54,565 nucleotides of DNA from Prevotella sp. (GTDB lineage: Bacteria > Bacteroidota > Bacteroidia > Bacteroidales > Dysgonomonadaceae): contig JAITVV010000075.1 in assembly GCA_031285625.1 (NCBI GenBank), positions 1 through 54,565 of the forward strand, read 5' to 3'. The position numbers were made by a program, and so were the translations under genes. Below, piece by piece: positions 29,743 to 39,470 of this stretch. Position 1 is the stretch's first letter; each line of letters begins with the position of its first letter. The notes under the pieces were generated by a model. The model searched no databases. It was not told where the DNA came from and was given only the letters and a program-made list of their open reading frames with translations.

Positions 29743-31704
29743 TTCCTCTGCCGATTGCTTCAGTAATTCTTTTAACTGATCCTCGGTATGATCCAGTTGC
29801 CTCAAAGGCACTGTTTCCACTACAGCCAATGAAGGATCGATATCATACATCTGAGTATCTGATGTTGTCAATTTCTTTACCAGATTATAGCATGCAAAGA
29901 TAATCTGTCGTGAAGGGTTCATATGTACATTACGGAAAATCCGGTCAACAACCATAAACTTAAAGTCGCCGCGCTTATCTATTGCATCCTGCATAGACGG
30001 GTAACGGGTAGAAAGGTCAACAAGGCCATGACGTTCCAGTTCGTTCGCTATCAGGTTCACATATTTATCTGTATGGATACCCAGCTTAAATCCGGCGCGT
30101 ATGTTGATACGGAATATCTTTTTAGTCGCATATACAGTTGTCTCATAACTAAACTCATAAGGTTCATCTGTCCTTTTTATACGTACAAACCAATAGGTGT
30201 CGGCACGTTTAGGAGTCCGTTTAAAAAGAGAATAAGCTATCTTGCTTTCCAGAAAATTCTTGTTATTAGCTTTTACAATATACACAAGATGCGTGGCAGC
30301 TTTCGGGATACTGGTATCTTCACTGATCTTGACTATCTGGTTGATATATTGTTCGTCTACCTGATCATAAACAGTATAATGCCGTTTAATCCTTCTTCCA
30401 TTATACCAGGAATACATAAACAAGACAAGCACTCCCGCTATGAGAATAGGAACAAAGCCACCGTGTGCAAATTTCTGCATATTGGCTATGAAGAAGCTAA
30501 ATTCAATAACAACAAAAAACAATGTAAGAGGAATGCTAAACCATAATGGCCTGTTGTTCTTCATAAAATACAGGAAGAGCAGCACACTGGTCATGAGCAT
30601 ACTCAATGTTATAGCCAATCCATAGGCAGCTTCCAGTTTCATGGAAGATTGCATGGTAAGAATAATAATAATACAAAGTACCATCATCATGTGGTTGATG
30701 GACGGAATATATAATTGCCCCTTTATATTGGTTGGGTATTGTATCTTTACATTTGGCCAGATGTTCAGGGAGATAGCCTCGCTAATAACAGTAAACGAGC
30801 CACTGATCAGCGCCTGACTGGCAATAATAGCCGCCAACGTAGCCATTATAACACCTACAAGGCTAAACCATTCGGGCATCATGGCAAAGAATGGGTTAGT
30901 ATCATGAGTCACATGATGGCTGTTGATAATCCATGCAGCCTGACCTAAATAATTAATGATGAGTGCTGACTTTACATATATCCATGACACGCGTATGTTC
31001 TTCAATCCGCAATGTCCAAGATCGGAATATAATGCTTCTGCACCTGTGGTACAGAGGAATATGGCACCGAGCATAAACATTGTCTGTGGAACCTCTATAA
31101 GGAAGTTAATAGCATACATTGGGTTGAATGCCCTGAATACACTGAAATCTGTAATAACCTGACTGATACCCATTACAGCCATCATAGTAAACCAGATAAT
31201 CATCAGCGGCCCGAAGTATTTCCCTAAAGAGCCCGTACCAAAGGGCTGTACCAGAAATAAGATAAGTACAATGGCTATAGTAACCGGTATCACCGGGATA
31301 TGCGGCGCTATTGTATTTAATCCCTCCACTGCAGACATCACAGTCATTGCAGGAGTGATAATGCCATCGGCAAGTAATGTAGCAGCACCTATACCTGCAA
31401 GGATATATGCCCAACGGTATTTTTGACGGATAAGTGCATATAAAGATAGAATTCCACCTTCACCTTTATTATCGGCCCGAAGGGTAATAATCACATATTT
31501 TAATGTGGTTTGTATGGTTAATGTCCATATAACACACGAGACCGCTCCTAATATATATTCTGGTCGGCTTAATTGTCCGGCGGGCAAGGCATTTAATATT
31601 GCCCTCATCACATACAGAGGAGATGTACCTATATCACCAAATACGATTCCAATGGCTAGTACAACTCCCAGGGCACTAAATGGGACTTTGTGATTCTCTT
31701 TCAT
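29731..31704 (-). CDS. kup: KUP/HAK/KT potassium transporter
   Basis: GIVFGDIGTSPLY, DNKGEGG, DGIITPA, GAEALYSDLGH and AAYGLA motifs. Confidence 0.97.
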   Translation of the reverse strand: MKENHKVPFSALGVVLAIGIVFGDIGTSPLYVMRAILNALPAGQLSRPEYILGAVSCVIWTLTIQTTLKYVIITLRADNKGEGGILSLYALIRQKYRWAYILAGIGAATLLADGIITPAMTVMSAVEGLNTIAPHIPVIPVTIAIVLILFLVQPFGTGSLGKYFGPLMIIWFTMMAVMGISQVITDFSVFRAFNPMYAINFLIEVPQTMFMLGAIFLCTTGAEALYSDLGHCGLKNIRVSWIYVKSALIINYLGQAAWIINSHHVTHDTNPFFAMMPEWFSLVGVIMATLAAIIASQALISGSFTVISEAISLNIWPNVKIQYPTNIKGQLYIPSINHMMMVLCIIIILTMQSSMKLEAAYGLAITLSMLMTSVLLFLYFMKNNRPLWFSIPLTLFFVVIEFSFFIANMQKFAHGGFVPILIAGVLVLFMYSWYNGRRIKRHYTVYDQVDEQYINQIVKISEDTSIPKAATHLVYIVKANNKNFLESKIAYSLFKRTPKRADTYWFVRIKRTDEPYEFSYETTVYATKKIFRINIRAGFKLGIHTDKYVNLIANELERHGLVDLSTRYPSMQDAIDKRGDFKFMVVDRIFRNVHMNPSRQIIFACYNLVKKLTTSDTQMYDIDPSLAVVETVPLRQLDHTEDQLKELLKQSAEESEA

Positions 31705-31717
31705 TTAATTCTATATT

Positions 31718-32257
31718 TTAAACCATCACTTTATCATTAAGATGTTCAACTGCTTCCTCTTTGATGTCTTTTATCCAGTCAAATTTGAGGTAAGGAATTA
31801 CAGTTTGTGCAATATCAGTTATAATAGGGTAGGTTAGGGCCTCTTTCCGGATATCCTCTTTTATTATTTGTTTATCCTGATCGAATTCGACAACCAGATT
31901 GATCAATATACTGAAAACAATGAGCCATTTAGCACAACAGAACAATGCTCCTGCGAACCTGTTCAAGGTATTCATCTTTATGGCATCGACAAAAGACTCC
32001 AGTAGCTTTCCGGCAAAAAGTAATGCGACAATTATAATAACAAATGCTATAATATAAGATAAAGGCCCGATAATATGGGGAGAGGCATTCGTAAGTGAGA
32101 TCAATTTTGGGGCTAATATTGCAGATAGCTGTCCGGCAAAGATAGCTCCTAACATCAAACCAGCCAGAGATGCTATTTGCATAACCAGTCCTGAGAAAAA
32201 GCCTTTTACAAGCGTGATTAAAACCAATATAACTACAACCAGATCAAACCAATTCAT
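31718..32257 (-). CDS. CvpA (colicin V production) family membrane protein
   Basis: MNWFD...KGFFSGL and LNRFAGALF; four TM helices; ATG at 32257. Confidence 0.88.
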   Translation of the reverse strand: MNWFDLVVVILVLITLVKGFFSGLVMQIASLAGLMLGAIFAGQLSAILAPKLISLTNASPHIIGPLSYIIAFVIIIVALLFAGKLLESFVDAIKMNTLNRFAGALFCCAKWLIVFSILINLVVEFDQDKQIIKEDIRKEALTYPIITDIAQTVIPYLKFDWIKDIKEEAVEHLNDKVMV

Positions 32258-32344
32258 ACAATACAATTTGCTATAAAAAAACAAAAGTAAGAATTAATAA
32301 TAATTCTTACCTGTATGCTTTAGCAAAATATCTTTTATAGACTC

Positions 32345-32497
32345 TTATTTGCTGTATTCGTCAGAGACAGTTAGTTTAGCTCTACCCTTAGCTCTACGGG
32401 AAGCAAGTACTCTGCGTCCGTTTGCTGTAGCCATTCTTGAGCGAAAACCATGTTTGTTTTTTCTCTTTCTGTTTGATGGTTGAAAAGTTCTTTTCAT
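32345..32497 (-). CDS. rpmH: 50S ribosomal protein L34
   Basis: [22 protein letters not shown]...; start at ATG 32497; -7 box at 32546-32553. Confidence 0.98.
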   Translation of the reverse strand: MKRTFQPSNRKRKNKHGFRSRMATANGRRVLASRRAKGRAKLTVSDEYSK

Positions 32498-32581
32498 CGC
32501 TGTATATATTATTCTGTTATTATTTCTTTCCTGAGTTTCGGGTTGCAAAAATAGGATGTTTATTTAATATAAGCAAGGATA

Positions 32582-33079
32582 TTAACGTTTTATTTTTTCG
32601 AAAGTTATAAAACTATATGCATATTTATGCTTCTCATCAGGCTGAAAATCTTCTTTAGATATTTTTTTCCACAAAGATGCATCGATGGCAGGAAAAAATG
32701 TATCAGCCTCAAACTGATGATGGATGCGGGTGAGGTATAATTTATCAGCAAAAATAATAGCTTCATTATAGATAGTACCCCCTCCTATAAAAAATATCTC
32801 CTGTTCATCCTTACATAAGTCAATTGCCTCCTGTATAGAAGATACCATCTCACAACGATCAAACTGCAATTCTCTATTTCGGGTGATAACGATATTCCGC
32901 CTATTAGGTAACGCCCCTTTAGGTAAAGATTCGAATGTTTTACGCCCCATGATAACCGGATGCCCTTGTGTAACTGCCTTAAAGTGTTTCAAGTCATTGG
33001 GCAAATGGCAAAGCAGATTGTTATCTTTACCTATTGCATTATTTTCGTCTACTGCTACTATAATCGATTTGATTGTCAT
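32582..33079 (-). CDS. folA: Dihydrofolate reductase
   Basis: [32 protein letters not shown] and ADTFFP motifs. Confidence 0.97.
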   Translation of the reverse strand: MTIKSIIVAVDENNAIGKDNNLLCHLPNDLKHFKAVTQGHPVIMGRKTFESLPKGALPNRRNIVITRNRELQFDRCEMVSSIQEAIDLCKDEQEIFFIGGGTIYNEAIIFADKLYLTRIHHQFEADTFFPAIDASLWKKISKEDFQPDEKHKYAYSFITFEKIKR

Positions 33080-34521
33080 AAATTATTTTTTTTCGGTTCC
33101 AATCCTATTTTCCTCGCCTTTTCCACCAGATATTTATAGGCAGCATCATATTCGTTTGGTATCACTCCGTCCATAATAGCATCTTTTATCGAAGATTTTA
33201 GTCTGCCTACTTCTTTTCCCGGAGGAAGGCCAAAAATCTCCATTATTTCTTCTCCTTTGATCGGAGGCTGGAAGTTACGGACATGGTCTTTCTCTTCTAT
33301 ATCTTTGAGTTTCTGATGTACAATTTCAAAGTTTCGCAGGTAGCGGTGTACTTTTTCCGGATTCTTCGATGTGATATCTGCCTGACACAAAGTCATCAGA
33401 TCGTCGATATCATCCCCGGCTTCGAATAATAAACGGCGGACAGCTGAATCGGAGATCTCTTCATCTACCAGTACTTGTGGCCGCATGTGTAATGTTACCA
33501 TTTTTTGCACATACTTCATCTTTTCATTTAGCGGAAGTTTCAGCCTGCGAAAAATACCCGGAATCATCTTTTCTCCAATGAAATTATGATTATGAAAAGT
33601 CCATCCTAATTTATTATCCCATCGTTTGGTTGCAGGTTTTGCAATATCATGTAAGATAGCAGCCCAACGCAGCCATAGGTCATTTGTTTTCTTAGATATA
33701 TTGTCCAGAACAATGAGCGTATGATAGAAATTATCCTTATGTCCTACGCCCTCTTTTGTTTCAGCGCCTTTCAAGGCTACTAATTCAGGAAATATAATCT
33801 GAAGTAAGCCTGTCTGATCCAGCTGAATAAATCCTATAGATGGTTTTGGAGATAATATAATTTTATTTAGCTCATCTATGATGCGTTCTTTTGAAATAAT
33901 CTCGATACGCTCTTTATTTCGTGTAATTGCATCAAAAGTTTCAGGTTCGATATCAAAACCCAATTGTGATGAAAAGCGTATTGCCCTTAACATCCGCAAA
34001 GGGTCGTCACTAAATGTAATATCAGGATCCAGAGGGGTCCGGATGATCAGATTCTCCATATCCTTAAGCCCTCCAAAAGGGTCGAGTAACTCCCCAAATC
34101 TATCTTTGTTGAGGCATATAGCCAATGCATTGATTGTAAAGTCCCGGCGGTTCTGGTCGTCCTCAAGTGTGCCATCTTCCACAATCGGTTTGCGGGAATT
34201 CCGCTCATAAGATTCTTTACGAGCACCTACAAACTCTATTTCAGTATCTTTATATTTTATTTGTGCGGTACCGAAATTTTTAAAAACCGAGAGCTTAGTC
34301 TTTTTTCCCAGCGCTTTCTTTACTGCTTCAGCAAGTTCTATTCCTTTTCCGACAGTGACAATATCAATATCTTTAGATGGGCGATACAAGAATATATCAC
34401 GTACATATCCACCAATAGCATAACATTCTAGATGCATCTCGTCTGCTACGCGTGAAACAGTTTCAAAGACTTCTCCTGAAAATTTTTCTTTTATTATATC
34501 GTTAAAGTTGTTATCCAACAT
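33076..34521 (-). CDS. cca: CCA tRNA nucleotidyltransferase / poly(A) polymerase family, HD domain
   Basis: [26 protein letters not shown] and LHDIAK motifs; -7 box at 34547-34554. Confidence 0.9.
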   Translation of the reverse strand: MLDNNFNDIIKEKFSGEVFETVSRVADEMHLECYAIGGYVRDIFLYRPSKDIDIVTVGKGIELAEAVKKALGKKTKLSVFKNFGTAQIKYKDTEIEFVGARKESYERNSRKPIVEDGTLEDDQNRRDFTINALAICLNKDRFGELLDPFGGLKDMENLIIRTPLDPDITFSDDPLRMLRAIRFSSQLGFDIEPETFDAITRNKERIEIISKERIIDELNKIILSPKPSIGFIQLDQTGLLQIIFPELVALKGAETKEGVGHKDNFYHTLIVLDNISKKTNDLWLRWAAILHDIAKPATKRWDNKLGWTFHNHNFIGEKMIPGIFRRLKLPLNEKMKYVQKMVTLHMRPQVLVDEEISDSAVRRLLFEAGDDIDDLMTLCQADITSKNPEKVHRYLRNFEIVHQKLKDIEEKDHVRNFQPPIKGEEIMEIFGLPPGKEVGRLKSSIKDAIMDGVIPNEYDAAYKYLVEKARKIGLEPKKNNL

Positions 34522-34609
34522 TTTATTATAATGTGCATTAGGATTGCAAAGATAATAATTATTTCAGGGTATTTTGTTTGCTGTTTGTGACTCTGTAATT
34601 ACATAATGA

Positions 34610-34632
34610 ATAAAAGGTGACAAAAGTAACAG
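34610..34632 (-). repeat. 23-bp dispersed repeat, copy 2; left arm of an imperfect hairpin
   Basis: Exact reverse complement of 7236-7258; GGTGACAAA can pair with TTTGTCACT at 34650-34658. Confidence 0.8.
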
Positions 34633-34693
34633 CTTTTTCACCGTTTACATTTGTCACTTTGGGCTAATTCATTTCCTTATAATAGATAATTCT

Positions 34694-35608
34694 TTATTTA
34701 CTTATCGAAAGTTCGGGAGCAGCCTCCTGATAGAAGTGGGTAAGGTAAAGGTCTTTTATAATTCCATCGGCTACACCAATAATAGGGGTCTCGATTACTA
34801 AAGCGCGTGCCAGTTTCATCACCCTTAGATAGATTTCTATGGCAGGTAAAATTACCTCTGCCCTGTTTCGATTTATTTTCAGATTAACAAGCCTCTCTTC
34901 ATAGCTCATCTTTTTCAATTTAGCGGAGAAACTTACCAATTCTTCTCTTCTAATGCGCCCACATCGGCGAAGCAGCGAATCCAGTTTGTTTATATTTCCT
35001 CCTGAACCTATAAGTGACACTTTAACAAAATCTTTACTGTACTCCGTAATCCAGTTTTTCATTCTTTCCCATTCACCCTTTTCTTCGTCAGGAGACAAGG
35101 TACGCAAAGTTCCCAGTTTAAATGCTTCAGTAGCTATTTCTTTATTTTTATGGAATATGATCAGTTCAGTATTGCCTCCCCCTACATCTGTATAGATATA
35201 AGCACGGTTTTCTTCCAGTAGCTCATCTATATTATTAGCTAAGATAAAACGTGCTTCTTCTTTACAATCGATCACGTCTATATCTATTCCCGATTTTGCT
35301 GTAACATACTTCAATACATCCTCTGAATTGAGAGCCTCCCTTATAGCCGATGTGGCACATACACGCCATAGTTCAACATCATTTACCTGAATGAGGCCAC
35401 GAAAAGATTGCATTAAAATGGCAAGCTTTTCTTTTTTTTGTTCACTGATATAACCTGTAGAAAAAGTATCTTCCCCTAATTTTAAAGGAATGCGAACTAA
35501 TGAGTCTTTTTTGAAAACCGCACGTCCGTTATAATCAAGCACATCTGTAATTAACAGGCGTACAGAATTTGATCCAATATCGATTGCTCCTAAACGTCTT
35601 ACATTCAT
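34694..35608 (-). CDS. Second Ppx/GppA family phosphatase
   Basis: AIDIGSNS, ATSAIREA, EEA and DVGGGNTE; ATG 35608 below a -7 box at 35624-35631. Confidence 0.9.
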   Translation of the reverse strand: MNVRRLGAIDIGSNSVRLLITDVLDYNGRAVFKKDSLVRIPLKLGEDTFSTGYISEQKKEKLAILMQSFRGLIQVNDVELWRVCATSAIREALNSEDVLKYVTAKSGIDIDVIDCKEEARFILANNIDELLEENRAYIYTDVGGGNTELIIFHKNKEIATEAFKLGTLRTLSPDEEKGEWERMKNWITEYSKDFVKVSLIGSGGNINKLDSLLRRCGRIRREELVSFSAKLKKMSYEERLVNLKINRNRAEVILPAIEIYLRVMKLARALVIETPIIGVADGIIKDLYLTHFYQEAAPELSISK

Positions 35609-35849
35609 ATTTATTTTTTGTACCAAAAATATATGAAGAAGATTACAATCTAATTACTAAATAACTGAGAATAGGTTAAGTTTTTACAACAAAAAACATA
35701 TCCTTCGCTGTTTAACAATTTATAATTACAAGAAACCGACTTCTCATTTATTCCGATTATCTTTGTCGGCAATTAAGGTCTCAGACCTGTTTACTAAATA
35801 TTTACAATCAGTCATTGAACAAAATCAGAGCTTTACAGATTATATATAC

Positions 35850-37574
35850 ATGAAAAAATATTGGCATATACTAAAAAGATACAAGATAAGCTTGCTTATA
35901 AGCCCTTTCCTTGTCCTTATCACTGTGTTGTGCGAAACAATACAGCCCTGGTTTATGGCAAAGATCGTTGATGATGGTGTAATGCATCAGGACTTATCCG
36001 TAATCACCGAAATTGGCGCCTATATGGTGGGGGTATCTATTCTGGGATTAATAATCAGTATTATTAATGTGTATGTATCTTCGCGAGCGGCAATCGGATT
36101 TGGGACTGATCTTAGAAGCACTTTGTTTGAGAAAATACAACAGTTGTCATTTACCGAGATTGATAAGTTTAATTCAGCTTCACTTATTACCAGATTAACA
36201 AATGATATTACACGTATGCAGCAGGTAATACTTATGGGTATGCGGTTGATGTTGCGGTCTCCATTGATGCTGGTAATGGCTGTCTTTTTTGTCATTAAGA
36301 TTAATACCGATCTCGCTCTGATTATGATTGGGGCCATACCAGTATTAGGTATCAGTGTTTTTCTCATTTTACGAAAAGGGTTTCCTCTCTTTATGAAAGT
36401 ACAACAAAAACTGGATCAGTTGAATGCTGTTGTAAGAGAAAATCTTATTAACATACGTGTCGTAAAATCTTTTGTAAGGGAAGATTTTGAAACAAAGAAG
36501 TTTGAAAAGAGTAGTGAAGAATTACGGGATATGGTTATTAATGCATCCAATGTGGTAGTTTCTATATTCCCGGTTATGCAGCTCATTATGAATGTTTCGG
36601 TTATCGTCATTCTTTGGGTAGGTGGAGGAAAAGTAATGACAGGCGAGTTAAAGGTAGGTGAACTTATCTCTTTTGTCAATTACCTGATGCAAATACTCAT
36701 GGCGCTGATGTTGTTGTCAATGGTTATTATGAATGTGGCCAGAGCTTCAGCTTCATCAGAACGCATCCTGGAAGTCTTGAATACAGAACCGTCCTTAGAG
36801 AATACAACCGAAGGTATCGCTAACACGCATAAAATAAACAAAGGTGAAGTCATTTTCCGCAAAGTTTTCTTCCGCTATAGTGGCGGCGAAAATGATGTGC
36901 TGAAAGACATTAACTTTCATATACATCAGGGTGAGACAATAGCAGTAGTAGGTGCTACAGGCGCAGCAAAAACATCTATGCTTCAGTTGATACCCCGTCT
37001 TTATGATACTACAGCGGGTGAAGTTCTTATTGATGGTGTAAATGTAAAGGATTATAATCTGGATGAACTTCATGCCGAAATAAGAATGGTTTTGCAAAAG
37101 AACGAATTATTTACAGGTACAATTATTGAAAATCTGCGGTGGGGTAAGCCGGACGCTACCATCGAGGAAGTTGAGGAAGCTACAAAGGCTGCACAGGCCC
37201 ATGATTTCATTATGTCATTTACGGATGGATATAATACACTCCGTCTTCAAGAACTATGACCCTGTCTGCCGATTGCATAGTATTGATACGCTGGGTAATA
37301 ATAAAGACCGTAGTATCATGTAAAAGCTGACTCAGATTGTGCCGAATCTTTTGCTCCGTATCCGAATCTACCGCACTGGTACTGTCGTCAAGAATTAATA
37401 TTTTAGGCTTGCGTAGTAATGCCCGTGCAATACAGATACGTTGTTTTTGTCCCCCGGAAACATTGATGCCCCCGCGACCCAGCAGAGATCGATGCAATTG
37501 GAAAACCGGATGAACTGATAGAAAAGTCGAAAGTTTATCAGGAAATTTATAACTCACAGCAAATAGCTTTTTAA
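35850..37574 (+). pseudogene. Heterodimeric ABC exporter subunit A (TMD+NBD), disrupted by an internal inversion
   Basis: TMD and Walker A on +; signature, Walker B and switch on - within 37239-37485; C-terminal EIDAIGKPDELIEKSKVYQEIYNSQQIAF on + again. Re-inverting restores a 574-aa ORF. Confidence 0.92.
37239..37485 (-). other. 247-bp inverted DNA segment inside the ABC gene
   Basis: Minus strand encodes LLGRGGINVSGGQKQR...ILDDSTSAVD...ITQR...ADRVIVLEDG; ends are CT and AG. Confidence 0.93.
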
Positions 37575-37577
37575 GAT

Positions 37578-39350
37578 ATGGCACACGGAGATCAATATAA
37601 ACATAGCGGAAAAGCGGTGGAAGGCAAAAAAACCTTCATGAGACTGATGTCATATCTATCGAAAGATAAAAAACTATTATTGATCATTGGTTTTCTCATT
37701 ATTATCAGTATTGTGGCCAACTTACTGGGCTCATATATGATACGTCCGATCATCAATGATTATATTATACCCGGTAACTTCAACGGACTTGTAAATATTC
37801 TGCTTGTTTTGGCCGGTATATATCTGATAGGGGTAGCCGCTGTATATATTCAATACAGGCTGCTGAATAAAATCGGGCAACGCGCTGTAACCCGTATGCG
37901 TACTGATCTGTTCCGGAAGATGGAAAAACTCCCTATCAAATATTTTGACACGCATCAGCATGGAGACCTGATGAGCCGTTATACAAATGATATAGATCAG
38001 GTAAGTAACACCCTTACAGACAGCCTATCTGATATGTTGTCAAGTGCGCTTATGCTGATAGGTATTTTCGTTCTTATGATATATATAAGTCCTATACTTA
38101 CGTTGGTGACGCTTATTACCATACCTCTTATGTTCCTTAGTGCAAAGACAATTGTAAAACGAAGCAAGAAATACTTCAAAGAGCAACAGAATACACTGGG
38201 AGAAACAAACGGATATATTGAAGAAATGATCAGCGGGCAAAAGGTTATCAAAGTATTCGGTCATGAAAAGAAAGTCGAATCAGACTTTGATATACTAAAT
38301 CAGAGCCTGAAAGATAAATCCGAGAAAGCACAGTTCTATTCGGGTATGATGATGCCTGTCATGCAAAATCTGAATACACTGAATTATGTCATTATTACTA
38401 TTGTAGGAGGTCTATTAGCTATTTTCCGTGGATTTGATGTTGGGGGATTGGCAGCCTTTCTTCAATATTCACAACAATTCGGACGACCAATCAACGAACT
38501 GGCCAGTCTCTATAATAGTATCCAGGCAGCTATAGCAGGTGCGGAACGTATTTTCCAAGTTATTGACGAAGCTCCGGAACAGGAAGATGGACCAGAGGCT
38601 ATAGCCGTAAAAGATGTGAAAGGCGATCTGGAAATGAAAGATGTTTATTTCGGATATAAACCCGAGAAACTTATTCTTAAAGGGGTTTCGCTACATGCGA
38701 CACCTGGTACTAAGATTGCACTGGTAGGAGAAACAGGTGCCGGAAAAACGACAATACTAAACATGCTTCCGCGTTTTTTTGATATCAAATCGGGTGAAAT
38801 AAACATAGATGGAGTATCTATACAAAATATAAAACGTGATAACCTGCGACAATCAATGGCTATCGTATTACAAGATACTCATCTGTTTACCGGAACCGTA
38901 TGTGAAAATATCCGATTCGGAAGACTTGATGCTACTGACGAAGAGGTAATAGAAGCTGCTAAACTAACCGCTGCGCATTCCTTCATAAAACGTCTGCCAA
39001 AAGGATATCATACTCAACTGGAGAATGACGGGGCAAATCTCAGCCAGGGACAACGCCAATTATTAAACATAGCCCGGGCGGCAGTAGCCGATCCTTCTAT
39101 TTTGCTTTTGGATGAAGCTACCAGCAATATCGATACCCGTAGTGAGCTATTGATTCAAAGAGGGTTGGATAAGTTGATGGAAGGACGTACAAGCCTTATT
39201 ATAGCACACAGGTTATCTACTGTTCGTAATGCTGATAGGATTCTGGTACTCGACCATGGCCAGATTATAGAACAAGGCACTCACAAAGAACTTCTTGCCC
39301 TCAAAGGAAAATACTATTCGTTATACGAAGAGCAATTTGAGGAGTTTTAA
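37578..39350 (+). CDS. Heterodimeric ABC exporter subunit B
   Basis: TMD; GETGAGKTT, LSQGQRQ, LLDEATS and IAHRLST motifs. Confidence 0.95.
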   Translation: MAHGDQYKHSGKAVEGKKTFMRLMSYLSKDKKLLLIIGFLIIISIVANLLGSYMIRPIINDYIIPGNFNGLVNILLVLAGIYLIGVAAVYIQYRLLNKIGQRAVTRMRTDLFRKMEKLPIKYFDTHQHGDLMSRYTNDIDQVSNTLTDSLSDMLSSALMLIGIFVLMIYISPILTLVTLITIPLMFLSAKTIVKRSKKYFKEQQNTLGETNGYIEEMISGQKVIKVFGHEKKVESDFDILNQSLKDKSEKAQFYSGMMMPVMQNLNTLNYVIITIVGGLLAIFRGFDVGGLAAFLQYSQQFGRPINELASLYNSIQAAIAGAERIFQVIDEAPEQEDGPEAIAVKDVKGDLEMKDVYFGYKPEKLILKGVSLHATPGTKIALVGETGAGKTTILNMLPRFFDIKSGEINIDGVSIQNIKRDNLRQSMAIVLQDTHLFTGTVCENIRFGRLDATDEEVIEAAKLTAAHSFIKRLPKGYHTQLENDGANLSQGQRQLLNIARAAVADPSILLLDEATSNIDTRSELLIQRGLDKLMEGRTSLIIAHRLSTVRNADRILVLDHGQIIEQGTHKELLALKGKYYSLYEEQFEEF

Positions 39351-39420
39351 GTTTTAATCCTTGTAATTTCTCCAGATAATAGATTGGCAGAAAAGAAGTT
39401 TTTTTATCATATTATCATAA

Positions 39421-39452
39421 AAAATAGCTGCAATTATTATTGCAGCTATTTT
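39421..39452. terminator. Bidirectional terminator between convergent ABC and ppdK genes
   Basis: AAAATAGCTGCAAT/ATTGCAGCTATTTT perfect stem. Confidence 0.85.
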
Positions 39453-39470
39453 CATTATCTAATACAAAAA

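Noticed and set aside
29923-30546. 207-aa plus-strand ORF
   Set aside because: Entirely antisense to kup, with atypical composition
35641-35730. PhoB/OmpR-like direct repeats upstream of the second ppx
   Set aside because: Only short TTAC words in AT-rich DNA, not distinguishable from chance
35763-35849. Longer upstream starts given by the ORF track (also 8605, 17431, 22507, 26689, 32284, 32548, 35626, 46173)
   Set aside because: Several overlap -7 promoter boxes or use non-ATG codons; downstream ATGs fit the family N-termini better
37219-37584. 121-aa minus-strand ORF as an independent ABC gene
   Set aside because: Only its central 82 codons are ABC-like, and they are the inverted piece of the plus-strand gene; the flanks are antisense sequence
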